This document shows, in pieces, positions 26,010 through 37,811 of a DNA stretch of 64,000 nt. Origin of the DNA: Somniosus microcephalus. Lineage: Eukaryota. How positions within the stretch are numbered: position 1 is the first letter of the stretch; every line of letters starts with the position of its first letter. The position numbers were made by a program, and so were the translations under genes. The stretch is from the NCBI GenBank assembly GCA_052327205.1, contig CM126226.1:1364001-1428000 (forward strand), given 5' to 3'. The notes under the pieces are model-generated. The model ran no database searches. It worked only from the letters and a program-made list of their open reading frames with translations, and had not been told where the DNA came from.

Positions 26010-28085
26010 TTGCCTGCTTATCTACTCATTCCTGGTCAGGCAGTTTTGCTGAGATCTGAAAGATGAGCAGTGGCAAATATTTAAAGAAATATTCCAAACT
26101 TCTCAACGAATGTGCATTCCATTGAGAAATAAAAACTCCACGGGAAAGGTGATCCAAAGGAGTTAAGGATAGTCTTAGATTGAAAGAAGTGGCTTATACT
26201 GTTGCGTAGAATAGTATTAAGCCTGAGGATTGGGAGACCTTTGGAAACCAGCAAAGGATGGCCAAAAAATTGATAAAAAGGGAGGAAATAGAATGTGAAT
26301 AAACTAGCAAGAAATATGAAAACAGACTGCAAGAGTTGCTATATGTATGTAAAAAGGAAAAGAGTAGCGAAAGTAAGCATTGGTCCCTTAGAGGCTGAGA
26401 CAGGAGAAATTATAATGGGGAATATGAAAATGGCAGAGACTTTTAACAAATATTTTGTGTATCTCTTCACAGTAGAAGACACAAGGCATACCAAAAATAG
26501 TGGGTAATGAGAGTGAGGAACTTAAAGTAATTAGTATCATTAGAGAAAAAGTACTAGAGAAACTAATGGGACTGAAAGCCGACAAATCCCCTGGACCTGA
26601 TGGCCTACATCCTCAGGTTCTAAAAGAGGTGGCTGCAGAGATAGTGGATGCATTGGTTGTGATCTTCCAAAATTCCCTAGATTCTAGAAAGATCCCAGCG
26701 GATTGGAAGGTAGCAAATGTAACACCACTATTCAAGAAAGGAGGGAGAGGGAAAACGGAACTACAGGCCAGTTAGCCTGACATCAGTCGTGAAAATACTG
26801 GAATCCATTATAAAGGAAGTGGTAACAGGGCACTTAAAAAATCATAATACGATTAAGCTTTATGAAAGGGAAATCGTGTTTAACAAACTTATTAGAGTAT
26901 TTTGAGGATGTAACTAGCAGGGTATATAAAGGGGAACCAGTGGATGTAGTATAGTTGGATTTCCAAAAACCATTCGATAAGGTGCCACATAAAAGGTTGC
27001 TACGCAAGATAAGGGCTCATGGGGTTGAGGTATTATAATAGCATGGATAGAGGATTGTTTAATGGACAGAAAACAGAGAGTAGGGATAAACGGGTCTTTT
27101 TCAGGTTGGCAGGCTGTAACTGGTGGGGTGCTGCAAGGATCAGTGTTGGGGCCTCAGCTATTTACAATCTATATTAATGACTTGGATGAAGGGACCGAGT
27201 GCAATGTATCCAAGTTTGCTGATGATACAAAGCTAGGTGGGAAAGTAAGCTGTGAGGAGAACACAGAGCCTGTAAAGGGATATAGACAGGTTAAGTGAAT
27301 GGGAAATAAGGTGGTAGATGGAGTATAATGTGTGGTTATTCAATTTGGTGGGAAGAATAGATAAACAGAATATTTTTTAAATGGTGCGAAACTATTAAAT
27401 GTTGGTGTTTAGAGAGATTTAGGTGTCCTCGTACAGGAAACACAAAGTCAGCATGCAGGTGCAGCAAGCAATTAGGAGGGCAAATGACATGTTGGCCTTT
27501 GTTGCAAGGGGTTGGAGTACAAGGGTAAGGAAGTCTTACTACAATTGTACAGGGCTTTGGTGAAACCACACCTGGAGTACTGTGCACAGTTTTGGTCTCT
27601 ATCTGAGGAAGGACATACTTGCCTTGGAGGCGGTGCAACGAAGATTTATCCCTATGAGGAGAGATTGAGTAGATTGGGCCTATACCCTCTGGAGTTTAGA
27701 AGAATGAGAGGTGATCTCATTGAAACATGTAAGATTCTGAGGGGGATTGACAGGGTCGATGCTGAGAGGGTGTTTCCCCTGGCTGGAGAGTCTAGAACTA
27801 GGAGGCATAGTCTCAGGATAAGGGGTAGGCTATTTAAGACTGAGATGAGGAGGAATTTCTTCACTGAGGATTGGGCCTCTGCCCCAGAGGGCTGTGGATG
27901 CTGAGTCGTTGAGTATATTCAAGGCTGAGATCGATAGATTGTTGGACTCTAGGGGAATCAAGAGATATGGGGATCGGGCGGGAAAGTGGAGTTGAGGTCC
28001 AAGATCGGCCATGATCTTATTGAATGGCGGAGCAGGCTCGAGGGCGCCGTATGGCCGACTCCTGCTCCTAATTCTTATGTTCTTA
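26010..28085 (+). mobile_element. CR1 LINE ORF2 (RT) remnant, ~2 kb
   Basis: KSPGPDGLHP, WKVANVTPLFKKG, QGSVLGPQLFTIYINDL and KFADDTKL motifs. Frameshifted, with 3' UTR. Confidence 0.95.
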
Positions 28086-28461
28086 TTAACCCTGTGTTGC
28101 ACCTCCCCGGTACAGCAGGGTACAGCCTGACTGGGGCCACCTCCAGCTGTTATCTGCCAGTGGGGAACCACCATCTTTAACACGGCAATCCATCTGACAA
28201 TTTACAGCAGCTGAAACAATGATGTGTTTTAAATGGTTGGTACAGTAGGAGATATTTTTCCTCCAGGACCTGGTTTTTTAATCCAGCCCATGGTGATGAC
28301 TGAAAGTTCCCTCTCTCTGCCAAGTACAGGAAACTTTGTGTTATCCGGAGGCTAAATGTCCGGCAAGCTCGAGCCACCGGCAAAAATCAGGAGCTGTTTT
28401 GTTAGGTTTTCTTTCTTCTCGTGGCTTTTTTTTTCCAACAGTCAGGCTCTGCAAAGTCTCT

Positions 28462-28553
28462 GTAGCTTAGCAACAGCTTTAGAGAGACGCTTCCAAGGTA
28501 CGGGCCGACTGTTTAGAAGCTGTTGCTAAGCAACAGTGTTTGTTGTCAGATAC
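28462..28553. promoter_or_regulatory. Cluster of RFX X-box-like motifs
   Basis: GTAGCTTAGCAAC (28462), GTTGCTAAGCAAC (28522) and GTTGTCAGATAC (28542) in a CpG-richer unique segment. Confidence 0.55.
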
Positions 28554-28959
28554 GGAGATGAAAAGCTCCGTACGCTTCAACATTAACACTGGTGTGTCCG
28601 GCAGTTTTGAGGGAACGGCAACAGCTCGGTCCCGTCGGTGCCGGATAGCCCGAAGTTTCCTGTAGAACCTCTGGTGAAGTGAATTGGGGCAGTTTCAGTC
28701 AACCTCCTAATGGGCATGGAGTTCTAGAACAAAACCGTGTGGTGCCCAATTGGTAGTCTTACTGCAAGAGATCATAAGGATAGCTTGAGTAGGAAATAGA
28801 GCGTTTACACTGACGTATAGGGGTTCTGAGGTTGAGTTAAGTTGTGGACTAGAGGTGTAGCTGGCTTGGGCTTGCTCGACGGTCATTCTAGTGTCCAAGG
28901 CATATTAGCTTCCTCAAATCTGACCCCTCATCTTAATGAGCACTTCTAGGGCCCGTCAG

Positions 28960-29490
28960 CCCCTTGACCGAGCTATCCAATTACTCTCACTCCCCTGTCC
29001 TTTCCCCACAGCGCTGCACATTTTTCCCCTTCGAGTATTTATCCAATTCACTTTTAAAAATTAATATTGAACCTGCGTCCACTGCCCTTTCAGGCAGCAC
29101 ATTCCCGATCATAACAACTGGCTGTGTTAGAAAATTCTCCTCATCTCCCCTCTGGTTCTTTTGCCAATTACCTTAAATCTGTGTCCTCTGGTTACCGACC
29201 CTCCTGCCAGTGGAAACAGTTTCTCTTTATTTACTCCATCAAAGCCCTTCACAATTCTGAACACCTCTATTAAAGCTCCCCTTAACCTTCTCTGCTTTAA
29301 GGAGAACAACCCCAGCTTCTCCAGTCTATCCATATAACTGAAGTCCCTCATCCCTGGTACCATTCTAGTGAATATTATCTGCACGCTCTCTAAGGCCTTG
29401 ACACCCTTCCTAAATCGTGGTGCCCAGAATTAGACACCACTCTCGCTGGGGCCTAACTAGTGATTTGTAAAGGTTCAGCATAACTTCCTT
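28960..29490 (-). mobile_element. CR1 3' fragment
   Basis: DRLEKLGLFSLKQRRLRGALIEVFRIVKGFD. Confidence 0.88.
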
Positions 29491-29739
29491 TTTTAACAAT
29501 TTTTACACAGTGTCTGTTCCAGCGTTCTACCCTCATGTAGAATTGTATCCTTGCAGCCATGTGATTTTGTAAGCACAGTAGTGATGTTTCTGTAAGCTGC
29601 AGTGCCCTGCAATTGTCTCAATATATCTCCCTCCCTGTAGTTAGGTAGCAATGAGTTGTTGGTGTGCAATTGGCAGCTTTCCCGGGTTAAATAACAAAGG
29701 ATCACTCGGTTTCAGCCTTGGCTCAGTGGGTTTCCAGCC

Positions 29740-29910
29740 AAGAGGGCAGACGAGGCCTCGGTTTAATGTCTCATTCAAGAGACAGCAACTGCGACAGTGC
29801 GGCACTCCCTCAGTACTGCACTGAAGTGTCGGCCTGGACTTTTGTGCTCAAGTCTCTGGATGGGACTTGAACCTTCTGACTCAATGGCGAGAGTGCTGCC
29901 CACTGAGCTG
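29740..29910 (-). mobile_element. DeuSINE 5' fragment
   Basis: Matches the 1030..1487 copy. Confidence 0.75.
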
Positions 29911-31951
29911 CAAGTCAGGATTATAATGCTTGCTCTGTACTATATGGCCAAAAGCTGTGGCACCTCACCAGGCAGAGTGTAGAGACTGATGGACGTATAA
30001 ATACTAGCTGTGGCATGGTGCCCTCGCTGTTAAAAAGTCAATTTAAGTACCTAACACAGAGACAAGGGTTGAGGAATCAATTTTTTTTTTAAAGGCATGG
30101 GAAAGTCTTGAGGGAGTGGTCCTGTTAAAAGTGATCTCCCCAGTTATGATAAACTCACCTGAAATGTACTTGAATTTTTTTTCCTTGGACGACTGTTTTG
30201 CAGCCGCCGTTGGACCCACAAGTCACGTCTCACAGTCTCCCCGTTGGGCTGCTCTGGTGACATCAAGTAAGGGAAGGTGTCCCAGAGTGGCTCCATTGCA
30301 AAGGTCTATTCCCCAACTACAGATTGATGACCCTGGGTTGGAGGGCTTGAGGGTGCTTTGAAATTGTCCGTCCCCCCCCCCCCACCCCCCCCAGTGGAGC
30401 TGCTGCAGGAGACTCCGTGATTTGCATCAGTGGAGCGGCTCAGCGGGGATGGGGACCCTCCGTTAGCTTTGGTTGAGTCGCTAGCACCGTGTGTGTGTGG
30501 TTAGTGTTCTTTTTCTTGTCACGTGTTGGTATCTGCCCACACTTCTCTAATGATTATTTAATACCTTTCTTGGGACAGTGGTAGAAATATTTCTTTCAGT
30601 TGCACCTGTTCTCACTGATCGAGAATGAAGAAAGTGGTGCTACCAGCATCAATCATTTGTGAAGTTAAAGAGGTACTTTTCATATATATGCACAAAAAGT
30701 CAAAGGATATGAATAAAACCCATTCCACCCATTGTAGCTCATCCTTCTCATACCCTAGCTCTCCCATTATAACATCCAGATGTGTTGTGCATGTTTTTAT
30801 TTTTGTTTCTACCACCGTGTCTGGGGAGCTTTCACTGAGTGAAGGGAAAGCCCGGCTGTACTGCGGCGAGGAGACAATTTGTACAAGTGAAGACTCTGAC
30901 CTGTCTGTACTGTTAACCCTCAGGACAGACTCCAGTCAGTCCTTTGTTAGTGGTTTAATCCTCACCACAGCTGACACCTTCATCCAAATCAACTGGAAAA
31001 TGGGCTTTGTCTTCAAAGCCTGATTTATAATGTCGCAGGTAATGGGAGAGATTTCAGGCAGTCTTCGTAACACTATGTAAAATCTACTGGTCACTCAAAT
31101 TGGAAAAGCTCGCTGTATATGTTGTGCTTTTTATTCATTACCTTGCAGTTGGATGGTCAGCTCTATTGAGATGAGAAATATACACTCTTGGAATAGGGAC
31201 TGGATTTGCCAAGTTAGTGGTACAAAGCTGCTGGTGAATGGAGGCGAGTCTCTGGGTCCCAGCGTTCTCGCTCTCGAGTTGCTGCTTCTGTTTGTTTCAA
31301 GTCGTGATTGGGTTGTTTTGAATTACCTGTTTATAAATCAGTGACGTTCGAGGCGGTTTGTATTCTTTCAAGTGCTGCCTTCCACGTGCCCGAGAGCTCA
31401 GTTTGCTTTCCAGCTTATGACAGCCTGCAAAATGTAGTAACATTCAGGATGAGAGTTTGTTTTTTGGGATGGTAGTAACTTTTGGAGGGTTGCATTGAGG
31501 TGAGGAGCGGGTGGGAGGAGATTTTGGTGCAGGATTAATAACTGGCCTTCATGCACAGACTGGTCTGGGGCTTTTGCTTTAATCGCTGCCTAATCAAGCT
31601 CTTGCTGCTCACTAACCTGCTCACTAACCTAGGGCTACTTGTTGGTCAGGGCTTGCGGGCATTGCAGGTTGTTGCGTGAAGCCTTTCCACACTGACACAC
31701 AAGTCATGTATGTACAAAAAAAAATACTTGGCTGAAACATGTCTATTGTTGTAAACGATAGAGTTTTCACCACCCAGTCTTTGAGCTCAAGTAAAACAGC
31801 TCAAAGAAACCTGCCTAAAATGAAACCGATTTAAACTAACCAGCTGGCTGCCAATCGGAGGCCAAATTGTCAAATTCCATGTTCAATATTTCTTTAAAGA
31901 AAGAAAAGATGTTTTTTGTTTGCTGACCACGACCTTTAATCCTTTGAAAAG

Positions 31952-33947
31952 AAATCTGACAGAATTCTGCAAAGTCTGGCTCCAGCCAGTAAAGCTAGAA
32001 TCTAAGGAGTTGATGCCAGTTGACTGTCAGAAGATGACTGAAGTTGGGCCAGAAGACCCGGGTGGCAATACAACGGAGACTGTCACTCGGAGACTGTCAC
32101 CTTCGGTGAGCAGTAACACCACTGGGGATGGAGGAAGAATGGGCAACACTTCCAGTGCAGCTACAGTTACCGTGCCAACAAGAAGAACCACAATTCTGTC
32201 AGTGGCCAAGACCACCTTGAAACGGAGGACCTATAATTTCAGGCACCTGATGAAAGCATCTCTCATCAGCTTCAACAGAAGACTAACAATGTTGGAGGAC
32301 ACAGGTTTGGACCTTAAAGACGGCTTCAAGCATTTACAGAAAAGGCAAGATAATTTAAGCTTGCAGCTGAAGAACATCACCCGTATGTTGTCCGCTCCCC
32401 CCAAAGACAGACTGATTTCCGACCTCCATTGGAAGTATGTAGATGTTGGTGACAAGTTGACCGCTTTGCAAGTACGACTGGAGATTCTTATTGATGGTTT
32501 TGCCGCCTTGGCCGAGGAAATCTCTGAGATGAAAAAAAGGAGGACTTCGCTTACCAATAGTGATCAACCAGGCCTTGGGAAAATTACCACTAGCTCTCCT
32601 AGGAATCTGTTCACCAAGTACTCCAGAGGACGTTCCACAACCAGATCGCAAGTGAGGCCAACACCTTATGAAAATAACGACAAAACTTTCAGGTTTGTTT
32701 CCACAAGACCTTCTGCTAAAAGTCGCTCTCTCAGCACAGCAGTGCAAGTAAAAAGCAAAGCATTTCGCTTTCACAGAAAAGCAGCTTCTACTGTTGATCC
32801 CGTGACATCTGTACGAACACGTGTCAAACCCACAGCCTCTCCTGTGCAACCCACAGGCAAAGCCCAGGTTAACGGGAAATCTGTAGTGCCTGCTAATTAT
32901 GGGCCTAAAAAGCCAGCTCTTTCTGGGAAAGGCAGAGCTGTTGTCAGGCAGATCCCCACAACAGCTATCTCAACAATAACAGTGAAAGCTGCAGCCACAC
33001 CTGAACTAGTCTCGTCTACAGCATTTATATTGCGTTCAAATGTGACTATGGTCATCACAGAGCCTAAGGATTTGACCACTCAACCAGTTCCGACAGCTGT
33101 GCTCGAGAAACCCACAAAACCACGTCTACGAGTATCGGGAATGAAAGTAAAAACTGGATACGTAGAGACTGTAAATAATGCACCGGTCCCAGCTAGGGCT
33201 AAGGGGAAAACACATTCCAGTGGTAAAACTGTCGCAGAGTCCAAGGATAAAACAAAACTTGGTAAAAATGGAACTGGGCAGTCCAAGGATAAAACAAAAC
33301 TTGGTAAAAATGGAACTGGACAGTCCAAGGATAAAACAAAACTTGGTAAAAATGGAACTGGACAGTCCAAGGCTAAAACAAAACCCGGTGGTAAAACAAC
33401 CACAGAACATCTTGATACTACTGTGAAACCCTCTGCAGCACCAGCACGTAACCGAGGTGGGTCCCAAAGGCATAAAATCAAGCACCCATTATCAAAAGAT
33501 AGTAACGTACCATCCATCCGCAGGGGAGGAAAGGCCTTCTCTACATCAGGTGCGACCACATTGTCCCTCGTGACGGCACAGCCTAAAATTGCAGACAAAG
33601 CCAGAGTGCTGCCAACATTGGCATCTGCCAGGAAGATCTCCGAGAAGATAGAAACCTGGCTGACAGTCGCCACAATGCTCCCAGCAACTGCAGCCTCACT
33701 GAAAAGATCAGAAAATCAACGAATAAGTGGGTCACGTTCTAGAAAATGTGACCGCGATGATCCCCCAAGGAACAAACTGGCAGGAAGCAGAAAGAGAAAG
33801 ACTAAAAAAGTGACGGCACTAGACATTCTGCAGCTCCTGCGAGGAGGGCATCAGCACTATTCCAACTCCAATGGGAGAGTCAAGGACCTGCCCCTCTATA
33901 TCACCCTGGGCCGCCTCGCCATACCGATAAAAATCATCCCAGATTGA
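31952..33947 (+). CDS. Long intronic coding exon (664 codons): coiled coil plus Thr/Ser/Lys-rich tail. Candidate alternative terminal exon of perlecan, or last exon of a nested gene
   Basis: 2-kb stop-free frame with no TE character. Putative branch point ctgac, then cctttaatcctttgaaaag acceptor in phase 2. Tandem TGA TGA stop. Confidence 0.75.
33238..33384 (+). repeat. Coding 42-bp tandem repeat (SKDKTKLGKNGTGQ, ~3.5 copies)
   Basis: Frame-preserving repeat inside the long ORF. Confidence 0.92.
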
Positions 33948-35783
33948 TGAGCTTCTCTGCTGGCGTTCAGAGTTCATCGTAATGAAAAATTGGTGAACAG
34001 ACACTTCCATCTAGTAACTGGTCTTGTGCTCGAGAATCTTATTTGCCGAAGTGTAAGGTTCACATTCACTGAGAACTGTGCGAGATTCTTTTGCACTTAT
34101 CTGTATAAAATGACGTACAAGGTAAATGTCAAACATTTTGGCGGTGTTATGTAATGTAGTTTGTGAAAGTAAAATGTAGCTCATTTCAAACCGTAATGAG
34201 GTGCAAATAACTACCTCAATTCAAGTGACGCACTTGGTTTCCTTGCATTTGTTCTATTGGAATAATCTGTACAGAAGCCTGTCTTTTTAATAATTTATTG
34301 AATTCAACAAGCTAGTCTCTCTTTGATTCAAATATTCAATCATTGCACCCAAAGGAAATGGGTGTCACATTGCACCTCCACACATTCTTCAGATTAACTT
34401 TAACCGAGGTTGTTTTCAGTGGAGTGCTTGTGGTTCACCTGCTGAAGGATTGTGAATCGTTCCACTTAGATCGAATGTCTGTCTCGTTGTATTTCATGAC
34501 CTGCGTCCCCGAGACTGACGTAGATTTAACAATCAGTTCATTACAGTGGTCAACGAGCCACATCCTTGTGGTCAGGTCGGCAGTGTGTGTGAGTACAGGA
34601 ACTCCACGGCAGCGCTAAGGTAAAAAGAGACTGAATTTCAAACTCTTCTGATTCTGGGTGCACCTGGGCTCAACCTCGAGCTCATTTGATTTCACTCGCC
34701 CATCTCCCCTCGATGTCGGTCGTTTGCTTACACGATCAATGCTGTTTTGACTTTTTTTCTCTAAGAGTACTTAAATCCTTTTTATTAACTGGGATTGAAA
34801 TCTCCCTTTTGAAAGTTAGCGCTGCCAAATAGAAAATGAAACCCAATAACATCACCTTTAGCTGTTTAAATGTAGCACTGCATTTAATAACCTCTTGCTG
34901 TGTTACTAGGCTAACTGTCCGCAGCACTGAAGACAGTCTATAAAACGCAAATCTATTTTGGATTCATGATTTTTTAAATCATCACCCCAAAGAAGTAACC
35001 TATTTTCACCATTCCGTATTCTCCATGTATCATCGTCCAAAGAGAAGGCGGAGGTTAGTGCAAGTCACTTCAGGGCTTTGTACTGTCTGATCCTGTGCTA
35101 ACATGTTGGTCGGATGCTCTTCCCAACACCTGTTTTATAGAAGGCCATCTTCTGGGGTACCTCAGCTATTTATCTCCCATCTGACTGTTATCCATGAAGA
35201 GAAAGTTCCTTCCGTCATTGTAATCAGTAAGTTCACACCTTTAAGCTATGTGGTGGTATATTTTCCCCCATCTCTAACTTAAGGGGGAAATAACTGACTA
35301 GTGTAAAGCAGAGAACAGCATTTTATATTTGCATCCAGCTTGATGCTAAAATTAGCAAACAAAAGAAAATATCCCTCCGTCTTTGTGCTTTACAGACATT
35401 CTATGAAGTTGTATTTGCTTTTAGCAAGTCTTCAATCCAGTGCTTGGCTGACGTACTTTTCACACTTTCAGCTGACTGAGGTCCAGGTGTGTGTAGGTTT
35501 TTTCTTCTAAGAGGTGACGGTCCTGGTTTTCACGATCCTCATTTAATGTAATGGATCCTCCTCAGTCACTCAAAACATTTGCTTCTGTTGTTTATTGACT
35601 TTGACCGATTTCCAGAGGTGTTAATTCTGGTCCAGGCCAGCTGTAGCTGAGTAATTCAATGGAGGGCCAGACCAGAAGGGTCACTCTCGAAACTCCATCT
35701 AAAGAAGCCTCGAGTTTGCATCCTCCGAGAAGCACACCTCTGCCTCCTAGTTATCAGGAGAATAGGGACCACTATTATGAATG

Positions 35784-35887
35784 ATTATTGCCCAGAGGAA
35801 TTTCACCCCATTGGCTATTGGACTTTCTCATTCTCAGCATTTCCAACCTTTATAGATGATCCCATTCACACACATATTTTGAAAAGG
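35784..35887 (+). repeat. ~100-bp direct repeat, copy A
   Basis: Near-identical to 36978..37075. Confidence 0.9.
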
Positions 35888-36977
35888 TTGGGAGAGCCAC
35901 ATTTAAGAGAGAATTTTTCTGTATCCTCCAACACTACAGAACTTACTCCAGCTCTAGTCACATTTGTTCAGCTTTGGGACTCCACATTTGCTCTGATTAT
36001 CGACCAACATCAACAGAAGAAGTGACAAAACTGTTGAAAGCTGCAACCAATGGCCAATTGATGTAACATTGACCACAATTCACCCTTCAGCTTGCTCCAG
36101 TGCCAGTGCAGATCGGTTGGTCCTGATCAGTGGAGTTTGTGCAATATCCCTATTTACAGAATCAGCAGGAAATAATGTTGGTGAGTGGAGACTTTCTGCT
36201 GATACAGTAAACCAAGGAAGTCTTTCTCAGGACCTACCTGATGGACTACTTTCAATCAACATTCTTGCTGTGGTAGGTTTCTCCAAGGCCATGGTGGGAT
36301 TTGCACAGATTGCTGAAGTAATCTCTCTTGCACCAAGATAGCGCCAGCTTTTTAGTGATGCTGGCATTCACAAGTCTGCCGTAATTTACGTTTGACCCCT
36401 CAGATTCTCTCGAAGCAGCCGCTCAATAAAACCGTGGAATATTAGGAAGACTGGGCTTTCTTGTAAAATAGGAAAAGCCCCAGCTACAGCAATCTCTGCC
36501 CTTCATTGGAGCTCACGTCCACTCACTGCCCGGTACAGCCATGCTACTGGTGAATTACCTCACGGTGGGTCACTGCCCCTTGCCCATCAAAAGTGGCCGC
36601 CTGCTGAAGCTGCCTGTAGGTGGGTGGGTCTGTTACAAGAACCTGCAAATCAGTGAAATATGTGGTGCAACATAGGTCCAGCCATTTGTATCGTAGCCAT
36701 GATCACCGGGCGTGCCTGGCTCAGGGCCTCGGGGGACGGGGCGGTGGTGGGTGAGCAACATTTACATTTTAAAGGCACCTTCCAGCCACCCTCAACCAGC
36801 AACTTTTCAAACCGTTTTTATCCTGTTCTTCCTTGGACCACGGGCTCACTTACACTGCGGCAAAGCAAAACATCAGTCTTGCCGTAACGCACTCCAGATG
36901 GTGGAGTTGGGCCATGGAATATTTGGGCCAGAGTGTTTGATTTACTCCACCTCCTATACCTTGACACTTCTTCACTA

Positions 36978-37075
36978 ATTATTGCCCAGAGGAATTTCGC
37001 CCCATTGGACTTTCTCATTCTCAGCATTTCCAACCTTTATAGATGATCCCATTCACACACACATTTTGAGAAAGG
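36978..37075 (+). repeat. ~100-bp direct repeat, copy B
   Basis: attattgcccagaggaatttc...gatgatcccattcacacac. Confidence 0.9.
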
Positions 37076-37811
37076 GGCTCCAGGTATGAGAGCCTTCATC
37101 TATTGGTCTGGCTCCTGAGAGAGTGAACTTCTAGGTTTCTCCCCTAGGGCTGAATTTTAGTCCTGGGTAGTGTCGAGCTTCATGAGTGTTGCTGCAGGTC
37201 CACCTGTCCAGGCAAGTAGAGATGTTAAGACTTAAAAAATCTGAACCCTGACTCCAACCCGCCCACTTCTGGGCTTTACAGAGGCGGGACTAGGGGAGGG
37301 CAGCTAACCCCCTCCAATGAGGCGGATTGGCAATTTCAGTATTTTAATGAGGCTCTGCAGGTTTTATAGTGGGCGGCCAGGTTTCCCAAGCTTCCGGTAA
37401 GTTAAGGTATTTGTCAGTAACTAGCACCTGCCAAACAAATTAATATTCATCATGCAAAACTATATGTATATGGTCAAAACAGGATCTTCAGTTCATTTCA
37501 TTTAAAACTTTTGATGATCTTGTACTTACTTCAGCATGCAGTGTCAATGAGCGCCATGATTTGCTGGGAGTCCCACCACTTGTTAATCAAAATTTCATTC
37601 GGGCAATTGGCAAGTGACAGTCATGTTTTCTTTGCCTGTAACTCTGTGTGAGTTTCATTTGTGTGAGGAAATGCAAGAATTTCACCCTCCCCCACCCCAC
37701 CCCTCTCAGAAATGATCGTCTTTGTGTTTTGGCCACTTATGAGCCAAAATGCATAGGACTTCTCTCAACGCAAGGATTTACTGTCGAGATTTACTGCAGT
37801 GCATCCTGTCT

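Noticed and set aside
30625-31023. 132-aa ORF upstream of the hidden exon
   Set aside because: No recognisable domain, signal peptide or convincing splice link.
31920-31951. TTG start for the 675-aa ORF
   Set aside because: A prokaryote-style start call. This segment looks like a branch point and pyrimidine tract.
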